This document shows, piece after piece, positions 41,417-51,479 of a DNA stretch of 64,000 nucleotides. The stretch comes from an uncultured Alphaproteobacteria bacterium (GTDB lineage: Bacteria; Pseudomonadota; Alphaproteobacteria; Rhodobacterales; Rhodobacteraceae): the NCBI GenBank assembly GCA_963768355.1, contig CAVYHT010000026.1, positions 1,536 to 65,535 on the forward strand. Reading direction: 5' to 3'. The notes beneath the pieces were generated by a model that was not told the DNA's origin, made no database searches, and saw only the letters and a program-made list of their open reading frames with translations. The translations under genes and the position numbers were made by a program. The first letter of the stretch is position 1; every line of letters begins with the position of its first letter.

Positions 41417-42852
41417 CAAGAATGGCAGCGATCATCGGCGGCGGCGTGATCGGCGGCGGTTGGGCCGCGCGGTTTCTGCTGAACGGCTGGGACGTGATGC
41501 TTTACGATCCCGACCCCGAGGCCGAGCGCAAGATGGCCGAGGTGCTGGCCAATGCCCGCCACGCCCTGCCGATGCTCTACGACACCGCGATGCCGGCCGA
41601 GGGCACGCTGCGCCATGTCAAGACCATCGCCGAGGCGGTCGGCAGACGCGGACTTCATTCAGGAAAGCGTGCCCGAGCGGCTCGACCTGAAACACAGGGT
41701 TCTAGGCCGAGATCGAGGCCGCATGCGAAACGCCGACACGGTGATCGGATCGTCCACCTCGGGCTTCAAACCCGTCCGAGTTGCAGGAGGGTGCCAGGCA
41801 TCCCGGGCCGCATCCTTGTCGACCCATCCGTTCAACCCGGTCTACCTGCTGCCGCTGATCGAGGTTGTCCCGTCGCCCGCAGACAGCGGCCGCAGTCGAC
41901 CGCGACCGAGAGCGATGCTGCAGTCCATCGGGCTGCATCCCCCTGCACGTCCGCGGGCCGAGATCGACGCCCATATCGCCGACCGCTTCCTCGAAGCGGT
42001 CTGGCGCGAGGCGCTGTGGCTGATCAAGGACGGCATCGCCACCACCGAGGAAATCGACGAGGCGATCCGCTATGGGCTTTGGCCTGCGCTGGGCGCAGAT
42101 GGGCCTGTTCGAGACCTACCGCATCGCCGGGGGCGAGGCCGGAATGCGGCATTTCATCGAACAGTTCGGCCCTTGCCTGCAATGGCCCTGGACCAAGCTG
42201 ATGGACGTGCCCGAGCTGACCGACGACCTGATCGACAAGATCGCCGATCAGTCCGATGCGCAGTCCGGCGCATCTCTCGATCCGCGAGTTGGAGCGGCTG
42301 CGCGACGACAACCTCGTCGCCATCCTGCGTGCGCTCAAGGGGCGCGGCGCTGCGGCGGGGGCGGTGCTGAACACCCACGAAGCGGACCTGCGCCCGGTCC
42401 TTGACGATGCGGTGCCGGTGATCTCGCTGCGCCGCACGGTGCCGATCGACTGGACCGACTATAACGGCCACATGAACGAAAGCCGCTATGGGCAGGTGTT
42501 CTCGGACGCCGCCGACGCGATCATGAAACGCGTCAGCGCCGATGCCGATTATATCGCCGGGGGTATGAGTTACTTTACGGTCGATATCCGCATCCGCTTC
42601 CTTGCCGAAGCGCTGGCGGGCGAGACGATCTATGTCCACAGCCGCGTGCTGGAGGGCAAAGGCAAGAAGCTGCGGCTGTTCAACGAGATGTTCCGCGAAG
42701 ATGGCACGTTGCTGTCGACCGGCGAGCAACTGCTGATCCACGTAAACCTTGAATCCCGCCGCGCCTGCGAGCCTACGGACACGGTGCGCGAGAAGGTCGA
42801 GGCATTGGCCGCCGCCCATGCCGCGCTACCACGCCCCGAAGGTGTAATGTGA
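41413..42852 (+). CDS. L-carnitine dehydrogenase-type 3-hydroxyacyl-CoA dehydrogenase fused to a 4HBT thioesterase domain; at least 4 frameshifts
   Basis: MTRMAAIIGGGVIGGGWAARFLLNGWDVMLYDPDPEAE.. (NAD fold), ..ADFIQESVPERLDLKHRVL.., ..HPFNPVYLLPLIEVVP.., ..[36 protein letters not shown].. (ORF 42072..42404). The C-terminal hot-dog domain is in ORF 42256..42852 (..VPIDWTDYNGHMNESRY..). Confidence 0.8.
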
Positions 42853-43610
42853 CGCAGCGCGTCGTCATAACGGCGGGCGCGTCGGGCATCGGGCTTGTGA
42901 TGGCACAGGCCTTCGCCGAGACCGGCGCGCGGGTTTGGGTTTCGGATGTCGACGGTAAGGCCGTCGCTGCCTTGCCGGACGGCATTAAGGGCGCGGTCGT
43001 CGATGCGGCTGACGAGGTCGCGATGGCGCGGTTCTTTGCCGCGATCAAGACCGACTGGGGCGGCCTCGACGTGCTCTGCGCCAATGCCGGGATCAAGGGA
43101 CCAACAGCGTTGATCGAAGATATCGGCCTTGACGATTGGCGCGCCTGCACCGCCGTCAATCTGGACGGTGCCTTCCTTGCCGCCAAATTCGCCACCCCGA
43201 TGATGAAAGCGGCGCGCGCGGGCGCGATGATCTTCACCTCGTCCACCGCGGGGCTTTACGGCTATCCAAACCGCGCGCCCTACTCGGCGGCGAAATGGGC
43301 GGTGATCGGGCTGATGAAAACCGCCGCGATGGAGCTTGGCCCCTTCGGCATCCGCGCCAACGCGATCGCCCCCGGCTCGGTCGAGGGGCCACGGATGGAA
43401 GCGGTGCTGAATGCCGAGGCCAAAGCCAAGGGCATGACCCGCGATCAAGTCTATAAGGGCTATGCCAAAGGCACCGCGATGCAGAGCTTCGTCGAGGCCC
43501 GCGACGTGGCGAAAATGGCGGTCTTCCTCGCCTCCGACGCCGCGCGTCTGGTCTCTGGCCAGGTGATCGCCGTCGATGGCCTGACCGTGAATCCAGACCC
43601 GCAGGTGTAG
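42849..43610 (+). CDS. SDR family oxidoreductase
   Basis: Intact 253 aa. ITAGASGIG (TGxxxGxG variant), NAG, and the catalytic YSAAK motif. Confidence 0.85.
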   Translation: MTQRVVITAGASGIGLVMAQAFAETGARVWVSDVDGKAVAALPDGIKGAVVDAADEVAMARFFAAIKTDWGGLDVLCANAGIKGPTALIEDIGLDDWRACTAVNLDGAFLAAKFATPMMKAARAGAMIFTSSTAGLYGYPNRAPYSAAKWAVIGLMKTAAMELGPFGIRANAIAPGSVEGPRMEAVLNAEAKAKGMTRDQVYKGYAKGTAMQSFVEARDVAKMAVFLASDAARLVSGQVIAVDGLTVNPDPQV

Positions 43611-43613
43611 CGT

Positions 43614-44775
43614 ATGAATTTCGGACTGAGCGACGAACAGGAGATGATCGTCTCGACCGTGCGCGATTTCGTCGAGCGCGAGATCTATCCGCACGAGGCG
43701 CTGGTTGAACGCACCGGCGAAGTGCCGCGCGAGATCGCCGCCGAGATCAAGCGCAAGACGGTTGAACTGGGTTTCTACGCCTGCAACTTCCCCGAAGAGG
43801 TCGGCGGCGCGGGGCTGGGCCATCTCGACTTCGCGTTGGTCGAGCGCGAATTGGGGCGCGGCTCGATGGCGCTGAACCACTTCTTCGGGCGCCCGCAGAA
43901 CATCCTGATGGCCTGCGAGGGCGAGCAGCGCGAGCGCTACCTGCTGCCGGCAGTACGTGGCGAGCGGATGGACGCGCTGGCGATGACCGAACCGGGTGCG
44001 GGATCGGATGTGCGCGGCATGAAATGCGCAGCACGACGCGACGGTGGCGATTGGGTGGTCAACGGCACCAAGCATTTCATCTCAGGCGCCGACCATGCCG
44101 ATTTCATCATCGTGTTTCTGGCGACCGGCGAGGACGACACGCCGAAAGGCCCGAAGAAACGGATCACGGCGTTCCTCGTGGATCGCGGCACGCCGGGTTT
44201 TACGATCCGCGAAGGCTACAAATCCGTCAGCCATCGCGGCTACAAGAACATGATCCTCGATTTCGACGATTGCCGGCTGCCCGATGCGCAGGTTCTGGGT
44301 GAGGTCGATGGCGGTTTCGAGGTGATGAACACTTGGCTCTACGCCACCCGGATCACGGTGGCCACGATGTCCGTCGGGCGGGCGCGCCGGGTCTTCGACT
44401 ATGCGCTGAACTACGCCGCCGAGCGCGAGCAATTCGGCCAGCCGATCGGCAAGTTTCAGGGCGTAGGCTTTCAGATCGCCGACATGATCACCGAAATCGA
44501 CGCCGCCGACTGGCTGACCCTCGCCTGCTGCTTGGCGGCTGGATCAGGGCCTGCCCGCCAACCGCGAAATCGCCAGCGCCAAGCTTTACGCCACCGAAAT
44601 GCTCGCCCGCGTTACCGACGCGACCCTGCAGATCTACGGCGGCATGGGCCTGATGGACGACTTTCCCATCGAACGATTCTGGCGCGACGCAAGGGTCGAG
44701 CGGATCTGGGACGGCACTTCGGAGATCCAACGGCACATCATCAGCCGCGATCTTCTGCGGCCTTTGGGGGCATGA
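43614..44775 (+). CDS. acyl-CoA dehydrogenase (one frameshift near 44520)
   Basis: MNFGLSDEQEMIVSTVRDFVEREI.., ..ALAMTEPGAGSDVRGMK.., ..REQFGQPIGKFQGVGFQIADM... The shifted tail reads ..ASAKLYATEMLARVTDATLQIYGGMGLMDDFPIERFWRDARVERIWDGTSEIQRHIISRDLL, with TGA at 44773. Confidence 0.85.
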
Positions 44776-44905
44776 CTTTCATGCCTGCGGCGCGAGTATT
44801 TCTTCGAAGAGAAAACCGCGACGATGCATGCTGCCCTGACTTTTTCTTTACCAAAACACCGTCGCCGGAGGCATCCGGCCTCTCCGCGCCGGGAAGGCCC
44901 GCGGT

Positions 44906-46951
44906 ATGAAGCTCGGCCTCGAACGCCTGTTTCGCCCGAAAAGCATCGCCGTCATCGGTGGCGGCACATGGTGCGCCAACGTGATCGTCAAATGCCGCGA
45001 GATCGGGTTTGCCGGGCCGATCTGGCCGGTACATCCGGAGCGGCCCGAGGTAGCCGGAGAACCTGCGTTTCGCAACGTCGAGGCGCTACCCGGCGCGCCA
45101 GATGCCACCTTTATCGGTGTGAACCGTCGCGCCGCCATCGACATGGTCCGCGGCCTGCGCGGCCGAGGCGCGGGCGGCGCGGTCTGTTTTGCCGCCGGGT
45201 TCGCAGAGGCGCGCGACGAGGCCGCCGATGGTCCGGAATTACAGGCGCAACTACTGGCGGCGGCAGGTGAGATGTCAATCATCGGCCCGAATTGCTATGG
45301 CTTCATCAACTATCTGGACGGCGCGCTGTTGTGGCCCGACCAGCATGGCGGGGCACGCTGCGATAGCGGTGTGGCAATTGTCACCCAAAGTTCCAACATC
45401 GCGATCAACATGACGATGCACAAGCGCGGCCTGCCCATCGCCTATGTGGTGACGGCAGGCAATCAGGCGCAGACCGGCTTTGCCGAGATCGGCGAGGCGC
45501 TGCTGGCCGATCCACGCGTCACGGCACTGGGGCTGCATATCGAGGGCATCGGAGATCTCAGGGCGTTCGAGCGGCTGGTGGCCAGCGCGCGCGACCTGAA
45601 CAAACCTGTTATCGCGCTGAAGGTCGGGCGCTCGGATCAGGCGCGCGCGGCGACGATTTCGCATACCGCGTCGCTGGCGGGCAGCAATGCCGGGTCACGT
45701 GCGCTGTTTGCGCGGCTCGGTGTCGGTCAGGTCGACACGATCCCGGACTTCATGGAGACACTGAAGCTTGCGCATGTGGTCGGCCCGCTGCGCTCGAACT
45801 GGATCGCGTCGATGTCATGTTCGGGGGGCGAAGCCAGTTTGATGGCGGATCTAACGCTGGACCATGATCTGACTTATCCGCCACTGAATGACGCGCAGCG
45901 TGTTGGTTTGCGGGCAGCGCTGGGGCCGATGGTGAAGCTTGCCAATCCGCTGGATTACAACACCTACATCTGGCCCCGTACCGATGCGATGGCCGAAACC
46001 TTTGGCGCGATGATGGACCCCTCGCTGGCACTTGGCATGGTTGTGCTTGATTTTCCGCGCGCTGATCGCTGCGATGCAAGCGCGTGGGATAACGTGATCG
46101 AAGCGGTCCAGCGGACGCAACAAGCGCGCGGCGTGCCGATGGCGATTGTCGGATCGCTGCCCGAGAACATGCCTGAGGATATTGCAGACCGGCTGGTCGG
46201 CTTGGGCATCGCGCCGCTTTGCGGGATGTCCGAAGCGCTGGCGGCGGCCTCGGTCGTTGCCGGGTTGGGAAGAAGCCCGGCGAAAACCGATCCGGTCTTG
46301 TTGCCGCGGGTTCCATGCCGCCTGATTGCGTTGACCGAGGCAAAGGCCAAAGACGATCTGGCCGCGCTCGGCGTTGTTGTGCCGCGTCGCCAGCGGGCGG
46401 CATCGCCAGAGGATGCGGCGAACGCGGCAGCAAAGATCGGTTTTCCGGTCGTGCTGAAAGGCGAAGGCATCGCCCACAAGACCGAGGCGGGGGCGGTGGC
46501 GTTGAACCTCGGCGATGCCAAGGCCGTGCGTGACGCCGCAACCGGGATGCGCGCCGCGAGTTTTCTGGTCGAGCAGATGATCACCAAAACCGTTGCCGAG
46601 TTGTTGGTCGGTGTCGTGCTGGACCCAGCCCACGGCTATGTACTGACGCTTGGCGCGGGCGGAGTTCTGACTGAACTGATGGCCGATACAACCTCGCTTC
46701 TGATCCCTGCCAACGCCGATGCTGTCGAGGCTGCCCTGCGCCGGCTGCGGATCTGGCCGCTGCTCGACGGCTACCGCGGCAAGCCCGGCGCCGATATCGG
46801 TGCGGTTGTGCAGTCGGTGCTGGCCGTGCAAGCCTATGTGCAGGAAAATCACGGCCGCATCGAAGAGGTCGAGATCAACCCGCTGCTTTGCGGCACGGAC
46901 CGCGCCGTGGCTGCGGATGCGCTGATAAGGACAGGAGATTGCGATGACTGA
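44906..46951 (+). CDS. ADP-forming acyl-CoA synthetase family protein (CoA-binding plus succinyl-CoA-ligase-like plus ATP-grasp domains)
   Basis: Intact 681 aa. ..LFRPKSIAVIGGG.., ..GPNCYGFINY.., a C-terminal ATP-grasp-like region ..GFPVVLKGEGIAHKTEAGAV.., and ..VEEVEINPLL. Confidence 0.8.
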   Translation: MKLGLERLFRPKSIAVIGGGTWCANVIVKCREIGFAGPIWPVHPERPEVAGEPAFRNVEALPGAPDATFIGVNRRAAIDMVRGLRGRGAGGAVCFAAGFAEARDEAADGPELQAQLLAAAGEMSIIGPNCYGFINYLDGALLWPDQHGGARCDSGVAIVTQSSNIAINMTMHKRGLPIAYVVTAGNQAQTGFAEIGEALLADPRVTALGLHIEGIGDLRAFERLVASARDLNKPVIALKVGRSDQARAATISHTASLAGSNAGSRALFARLGVGQVDTIPDFMETLKLAHVVGPLRSNWIASMSCSGGEASLMADLTLDHDLTYPPLNDAQRVGLRAALGPMVKLANPLDYNTYIWPRTDAMAETFGAMMDPSLALGMVVLDFPRADRCDASAWDNVIEAVQRTQQARGVPMAIVGSLPENMPEDIADRLVGLGIAPLCGMSEALAAASVVAGLGRSPAKTDPVLLPRVPCRLIALTEAKAKDDLAALGVVVPRRQRAASPEDAANAAAKIGFPVVLKGEGIAHKTEAGAVALNLGDAKAVRDAATGMRAASFLVEQMITKTVAELLVGVVLDPAHGYVLTLGAGGVLTELMADTTSLLIPANADAVEAALRRLRIWPLLDGYRGKPGADIGAVVQSVLAVQAYVQENHGRIEEVEINPLLCGTDRAVAADALIRTGDCDD

Positions 46952-47729
46952 CGGCCCAGTGAAGACCCACCGCAACGGCCATGTGCTGGAGGTCACGCTG
47001 GACCGGCCCAAGGCTAATGCGATCGACCTGGCGACCAGCCGGATCATGGGTGAGGTCTTTACCGAGTTCCGCGACGACCCCGAGCTGCGCGTCGCCATCG
47101 TCACCGGCGCGGGAGAGAAGTTCTTTTGTCCCGGCTGGGATCTGAAGGCCGCAGCGGACGGCGATGCAGTGGACGGCGACTATGGTATCGGCGGCTTTGG
47201 CGGACTTCAGGAACTGCGCGGCCTGAACAAGCCGGTCATTGCGGCGGTCAACGGCATTTGCTGCGGCGGCGGGCTGGAACTGGCCTTGTCCTGCGACATC
47301 ATTCTTGCCGCCGATCATGCGACTTTTGCACTGCCGGAAATCCGATCGGGTACCGTGGCCGATGCCGCCAGCGTCAAACTGCCGAAACGCATTCCCTATC
47401 ACATCGCGATGGAATTGCTGCTGACCGGCCGCTGGATGGACGCCGAAGAGGCGCATCGCTGGGGCCTTGTGAACCGGATCCTTGCTGGTTCTGACCTGAT
47501 CGCGGAGGCGAGGGCACTGGCAGCCACGCTCGCCTCTGGTCCGCCGCTGGTTTTTGCCGCGATAAAGGAGATTGTGCGCGAGGCCGAGGACATGAAGTTT
47601 CAGGATGCGCTGAACCGGATCACGAAAAGCCAGTTCCAGACGGTCGAGCGACTGTATCGTTCTGAAGATCAGAAAGAGGGCGCCCGCGCCTTTGCGGAGA
47701 AGCGCGATCCGGTCTGGAGGGGCCGGTGA
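46944..47729 (+). CDS. caiD: carnitinyl-CoA dehydratase / crotonobetainyl-CoA hydratase (crotonase family)
   Basis: Intact 261 aa, colinear with E. coli CaiD as I recall it: ..LEVTLDRPKANAIDL.., RVAIVTGAGEKFFCPGWDLKAAA, KPVIAAVNG, ..FAEKRDPVWRGR at the C-terminus. Confidence 0.8.
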   Translation: MTDGPVKTHRNGHVLEVTLDRPKANAIDLATSRIMGEVFTEFRDDPELRVAIVTGAGEKFFCPGWDLKAAADGDAVDGDYGIGGFGGLQELRGLNKPVIAAVNGICCGGGLELALSCDIILAADHATFALPEIRSGTVADAASVKLPKRIPYHIAMELLLTGRWMDAEEAHRWGLVNRILAGSDLIAEARALAATLASGPPLVFAAIKEIVREAEDMKFQDALNRITKSQFQTVERLYRSEDQKEGARAFAEKRDPVWRGR

Positions 47730-47792
47730 AGCGCAGCGTTTGGTCTTCGCCCGCGCCCGCGCTACACTCCCCCCGGGGAGAAGGAGGACATC

Positions 47793-48374
47793 ATGCGCAA
47801 ATTGCAGTCACAAGGCGTGCACCACATCACTCTGGTGGGGGCTGACCGGCAAACATCGATCGATTTCTGGGAAGGCGTTCTTGGGATGCCGTTCGTCTTC
47901 GATCAGCCAAATCTCGACAACCCTGATGAGGGTCATATCTACTTCGATCCCGGCGATGGCAGGCTGATCACGGTGTTCACCAATGAAACCCGCAAGCCCG
48001 ATCCCCGTCGCACCCCGACCCAGCCGGGATGCGTGCATCACCTTGCCTTCTCAGTCAGTCAGGCGACGTTCTGGCAGGCCGTCGAACGGCTCGATGAACG
48101 CGGCATCAAGCACAGCGGACCGAAGGACCGGGGCTTTATGGATTCGATCTATTTCAAGGATCCGATGGGTCTTCTGATCGAACTGGCCAGCTACCGGTTC
48201 GAGCCTCCGATGGGTGCCAGCTATGCGGATGTGATGATAACCGCGCACCGGATCCGCGTGGAACGCGGCGACCACCATATCGACAAAATCCATCTTGCCG
48301 ATGCGATAGAGCAACTCGTGCAGCGTGGGCAGGACAGCCTTTCGACGGATCGTGAGCCGAAGAATCCCTACTGA
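47793..48374 (+). CDS. VOC (glyoxalase/ring-cleaving dioxygenase) family protein
   Basis: Intact 193 aa. ..GVHHITLVGADRQTSIDFWEGVLGM.. and a second ..VHHLAFSV.. module. Confidence 0.7.
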   Translation: MRKLQSQGVHHITLVGADRQTSIDFWEGVLGMPFVFDQPNLDNPDEGHIYFDPGDGRLITVFTNETRKPDPRRTPTQPGCVHHLAFSVSQATFWQAVERLDERGIKHSGPKDRGFMDSIYFKDPMGLLIELASYRFEPPMGASYADVMITAHRIRVERGDHHIDKIHLADAIEQLVQRGQDSLSTDREPKNPY

Positions 48375-48490
48375 CCCGATCGGCGCAGAATTGAATTCAA
48401 TGCAAGGCAAATTGCCGACCTTCGCCACAATCTGGTGAGGCGACATTAAGACAACTGGCCCAGATTGGTCCGGCATCGTGGGGATGCGGG

Positions 48491-51370
48491 GTGAGTGGGT
48501 TTATGATGGGACAAATCGTTCTCGTTGAGACGTTTGGCGTTGGTCTGACACCCTTCGGGGCTGACATTCATGATCTGACGCTGGCAGTTGGCTCGGGCGG
48601 GCTTGAGCTGACAGGCTTTGCCGGCAATTCCGGCACGGCCCGGATCGTGAACATTGCCTTGACGGGCGGCGCCAGCTTTCAGGGGAACAGCTTCCTCGGC
48701 GCTTCACATGACGGCTTTCTTCTGGCCGAATTTGGGGGCCATGACTATTACCTCTCGGCAGATCGAATGTCGGCCGAACTGGCCGTGTCGCCGAGTGCGC
48801 ACCATGCATCCATTGCAATCAGCCATCTGAACAGCGGTTTCAACGGCGACACCCTGTTGGCGGTTGGGGCGTCGACGGCGACGGGACAATTCATCGTGGC
48901 AACGCAGCCCGGCGTCGCGGGTCTTGCGGTCGCTACCGTCTCGGGCGGCGTGATGTCGACCTTTGCCGCCCAGGCGGACAATGGCGAGGGGCGGATTTCA
49001 GACCTCGTGACGCTCGACGTCTACGGCCAGACCTGGGTGTTGGCCAGCTCCGACGGCAATGACAGCGTGATCAGCTACAGCCTGGCAGACACCGGAACAG
49101 TCACCTACACCGCCGAGTTTGGGGCGGCAGACGGGCTAGGCGTCGGCGATGCGGTAGCGTTGCGGGCGGTGGTCGTCGATGGCCAGCCCTATGTGCTTCT
49201 GGCGGGGGCCGAAAGCTCCTCGATCTCGGTGCTATCGCTTGAACCGGACGGCCGTTTCCGCGCGGTCGATCATGTGATCGACAGCCTGAACACGCGATTC
49301 GCCGATATCGTACGGCTGGAAACCACCGAGATTGACGGCATAACCTATGTGGTCGCGGCGGGCAGCGATGATGGCTTTTCCCTGTTCCGGTTCCGGCCAG
49401 ACGGCAAGCTGATGCACCTTGGCTCGTTCGCGGACACCGCGGCAACGGTGCTGGACAACCCATCGGCGCTCGCCATTGTCGTGCATCAGAATGAGTTGCA
49501 CATCGCCGCCGCTTCTGGCACAGAAGCAGGCATCTCGCATTTCGCATATGATGTTGCAGGCCGCGGCAACACTCAGATGGGTTCCTCGGGGGACGAGACT
49601 CTCACCGGCTCGGCCAAGGACGACATGCTGCTTGGCGCGGCGGGCGACGATCATCTTTACGGTATGGCAGGCAATGACGTGCTGATTGATGGCGCGGGCA
49701 GCGATATTCTGGTCGGCGGCGAAGGTCAGGACATGTTCGTGTTCCACGCCGATGGCGTCGTCGACACGGTGTATGATTTCCAGCGCGGCCTTGATCAGCT
49801 GGACCTGTCGTTCATTCCCGGCCTTTACAGCCTCGACCTGATGACGTTTCTGGCAACGGGTGATGGCGCGACACTGATTTTCGAGGATGAGATCTTCATC
49901 ATCCGTTCGGCGGATGGCAATTCGCTGACCAAGGTTGATCTGGCCCTGCGGCCAGCCTTCAACCTGGATCGCCCGCCGATTGTTCTGAACAACGATCCGG
50001 TGCCGAACGTCGGCCTGATCTCTGGAACCGAGAATGACGATGTGCTGTTCGGGACAGCGGGCTCTGAAACCCTGTCGGGCGGTCTTGGTAATGACACCAT
50101 GGTGGGCGGCGCCGGCGCGGACCGCCTGTTCGGCGGCGGCGGTTACGATGTCGCGTCTTATGCCACATCGGGCGCTGGCGTGATCGTCGATCTCGACAAT
50201 CCCGGCCTGAACGCGGGTGACGCCGCTGGCGATCGCTATTACGCGATCGAGGCAATCACTGGCAGCGATTTCGATGACATCCTGTCGGGCACCGGTGGCC
50301 GCGACGACCTGCACGGTGGCGGCGGTGCGGACCGGCTGGACGGGGGTCGCGGCGACGACCTGTTGCGCGGCGGCGACGGCGACGACTGGCTGCGGGGCTG
50401 GGTCGGCTACGATCTGCTCGATGGCGGCGCGGGCATCGACATTGCCAGCTATGCAGACGCCGGGGAAAGTGCGCGGGTCTATTTGGCGGCACCGCACCGA
50501 AATACCGGTCAGGCAAAGTACGACACTTTCATCAGTATCGAAGGGGTCGAGGGCACCGGCCATTCGGATTATCTTTACGGGGATTCCGGCGACAACTGGC
50601 TTTACGGCGGCGGCGGCAACGACAAGTTGGTTGGCATGGACGGCGGCGACCGGCTGTTTGGCGGCGCTGGCCGGGACCGGCTTTATGGCAGCGATGGCAA
50701 CGATGTCCTATATGGCGGTTCGTCGGCCGACACGCTGAATGGCGGCCGAGGGACTGACCTTGTCAGTTACGCTGACGCGGGTGGGGCTGTCACGGCCGAT
50801 CTTGGCAGAGGGCGGGGGACGCGCGGTGATGCCGATGGCGACCGCTACTACTACATCGAGCGGCTGGAAGGCTCCGCGTTCTCCGACTATTTGACCGGTG
50901 GCAAACGCAGCGATCGCATCTATGCCAACAACGGAAATGACAGCATCTACGGTTTGCATGGCAATGACCGGCTCTATGGCCAGGGCGGCAACGACAGAAT
51001 GAAAGGCGGTCCCGGTCATGACCGGCTGGTCGGCGGCGACGGCAATGACTCGATGTGGGGCCACGAGGGCAGCGACCGGTTCAATGGCGGCGCAGGCGAT
51101 GACTATATGTACGGCGCCGACGGCCGCGACCGGTTTTATTTTGATCTGGATTTCGACCATGACCGGATCAGGGGCTTCATCGCGCGCTACGATCGCCTTT
51201 ACATGGACGACGCCATCTTCGAAACGCCTCCGCTCAGCGGCGCAGAACTCGTTGCCAACTACGCAAGCAGGGTCGGGAACGATACGGTGCTCGATTTCGG
51301 TGACGACAGCATCACGCTGCTGAACTTCAGCGATCTTTCGGGGCTGGCGGATGCCATTATCTTCTATTGA
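48491..51370 (+). CDS. large RTX-type calcium-binding protein (putative type I secretion substrate) with an unassigned repeat-containing N-terminal domain
   Basis: Intact 959 aa (GTG at 48491; ATGs at 48503 and 48506 are alternatives). From about aa 365 there are five blocks of GGxGxDxL/I nonapeptides (e.g. [33 protein letters not shown]). Three ~45-aa linkers (..SYA.aGa.V.vDL....G.A.GDrYy.IE...GS.FsD.L) separate them. The protein is acidic with no Cys. Confidence 0.85.
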   Translation: MSGFMMGQIVLVETFGVGLTPFGADIHDLTLAVGSGGLELTGFAGNSGTARIVNIALTGGASFQGNSFLGASHDGFLLAEFGGHDYYLSADRMSAELAVSPSAHHASIAISHLNSGFNGDTLLAVGASTATGQFIVATQPGVAGLAVATVSGGVMSTFAAQADNGEGRISDLVTLDVYGQTWVLASSDGNDSVISYSLADTGTVTYTAEFGAADGLGVGDAVALRAVVVDGQPYVLLAGAESSSISVLSLEPDGRFRAVDHVIDSLNTRFADIVRLETTEIDGITYVVAAGSDDGFSLFRFRPDGKLMHLGSFADTAATVLDNPSALAIVVHQNELHIAAASGTEAGISHFAYDVAGRGNTQMGSSGDETLTGSAKDDMLLGAAGDDHLYGMAGNDVLIDGAGSDILVGGEGQDMFVFHADGVVDTVYDFQRGLDQLDLSFIPGLYSLDLMTFLATGDGATLIFEDEIFIIRSADGNSLTKVDLALRPAFNLDRPPIVLNNDPVPNVGLISGTENDDVLFGTAGSETLSGGLGNDTMVGGAGADRLFGGGGYDVASYATSGAGVIVDLDNPGLNAGDAAGDRYYAIEAITGSDFDDILSGTGGRDDLHGGGGADRLDGGRGDDLLRGGDGDDWLRGWVGYDLLDGGAGIDIASYADAGESARVYLAAPHRNTGQAKYDTFISIEGVEGTGHSDYLYGDSGDNWLYGGGGNDKLVGMDGGDRLFGGAGRDRLYGSDGNDVLYGGSSADTLNGGRGTDLVSYADAGGAVTADLGRGRGTRGDADGDRYYYIERLEGSAFSDYLTGGKRSDRIYANNGNDSIYGLHGNDRLYGQGGNDRMKGGPGHDRLVGGDGNDSMWGHEGSDRFNGGAGDDYMYGADGRDRFYFDLDFDHDRIRGFIARYDRLYMDDAIFETPPLSGAELVANYASRVGNDTVLDFGDDSITLLNFSDLSGLADAIIFY

Positions 51371-51404
51371 AACTGTTGGACAACAGCCCCGAGGCATCCC
51401 GTAG

Positions 51405-51470
51405 CGGAATACGCGTTCGTGGATTCGCGAGAAGCAGCGTATTCCGATTCAGGTTTTCGCCGAAACCTGA
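51405..51470. terminator. two hairpins between the convergent RTX and rfbA genes (possible bidirectional terminators)
   Basis: CGGAATACGC-N22-GCGTATTCCG (51405..51446, 10-bp perfect stem) and TCAGGTTT-TCGCCG-AAACCTGA (51449..51470). No clear U-tract on either strand. Confidence 0.35.
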
Positions 51471-51479
51471 TAGCGGGGC

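Noticed and set aside
49583-51370. Periodic repeats that might be a DNA-level tandem repeat or CRISPR-like array
   Set aside because: The periodicity is at the protein level (degenerate GGxGxDxL nonapeptides and ~45-aa linkers) within one continuous ORF. The nucleotide copies are divergent and there is no repeat-spacer structure.
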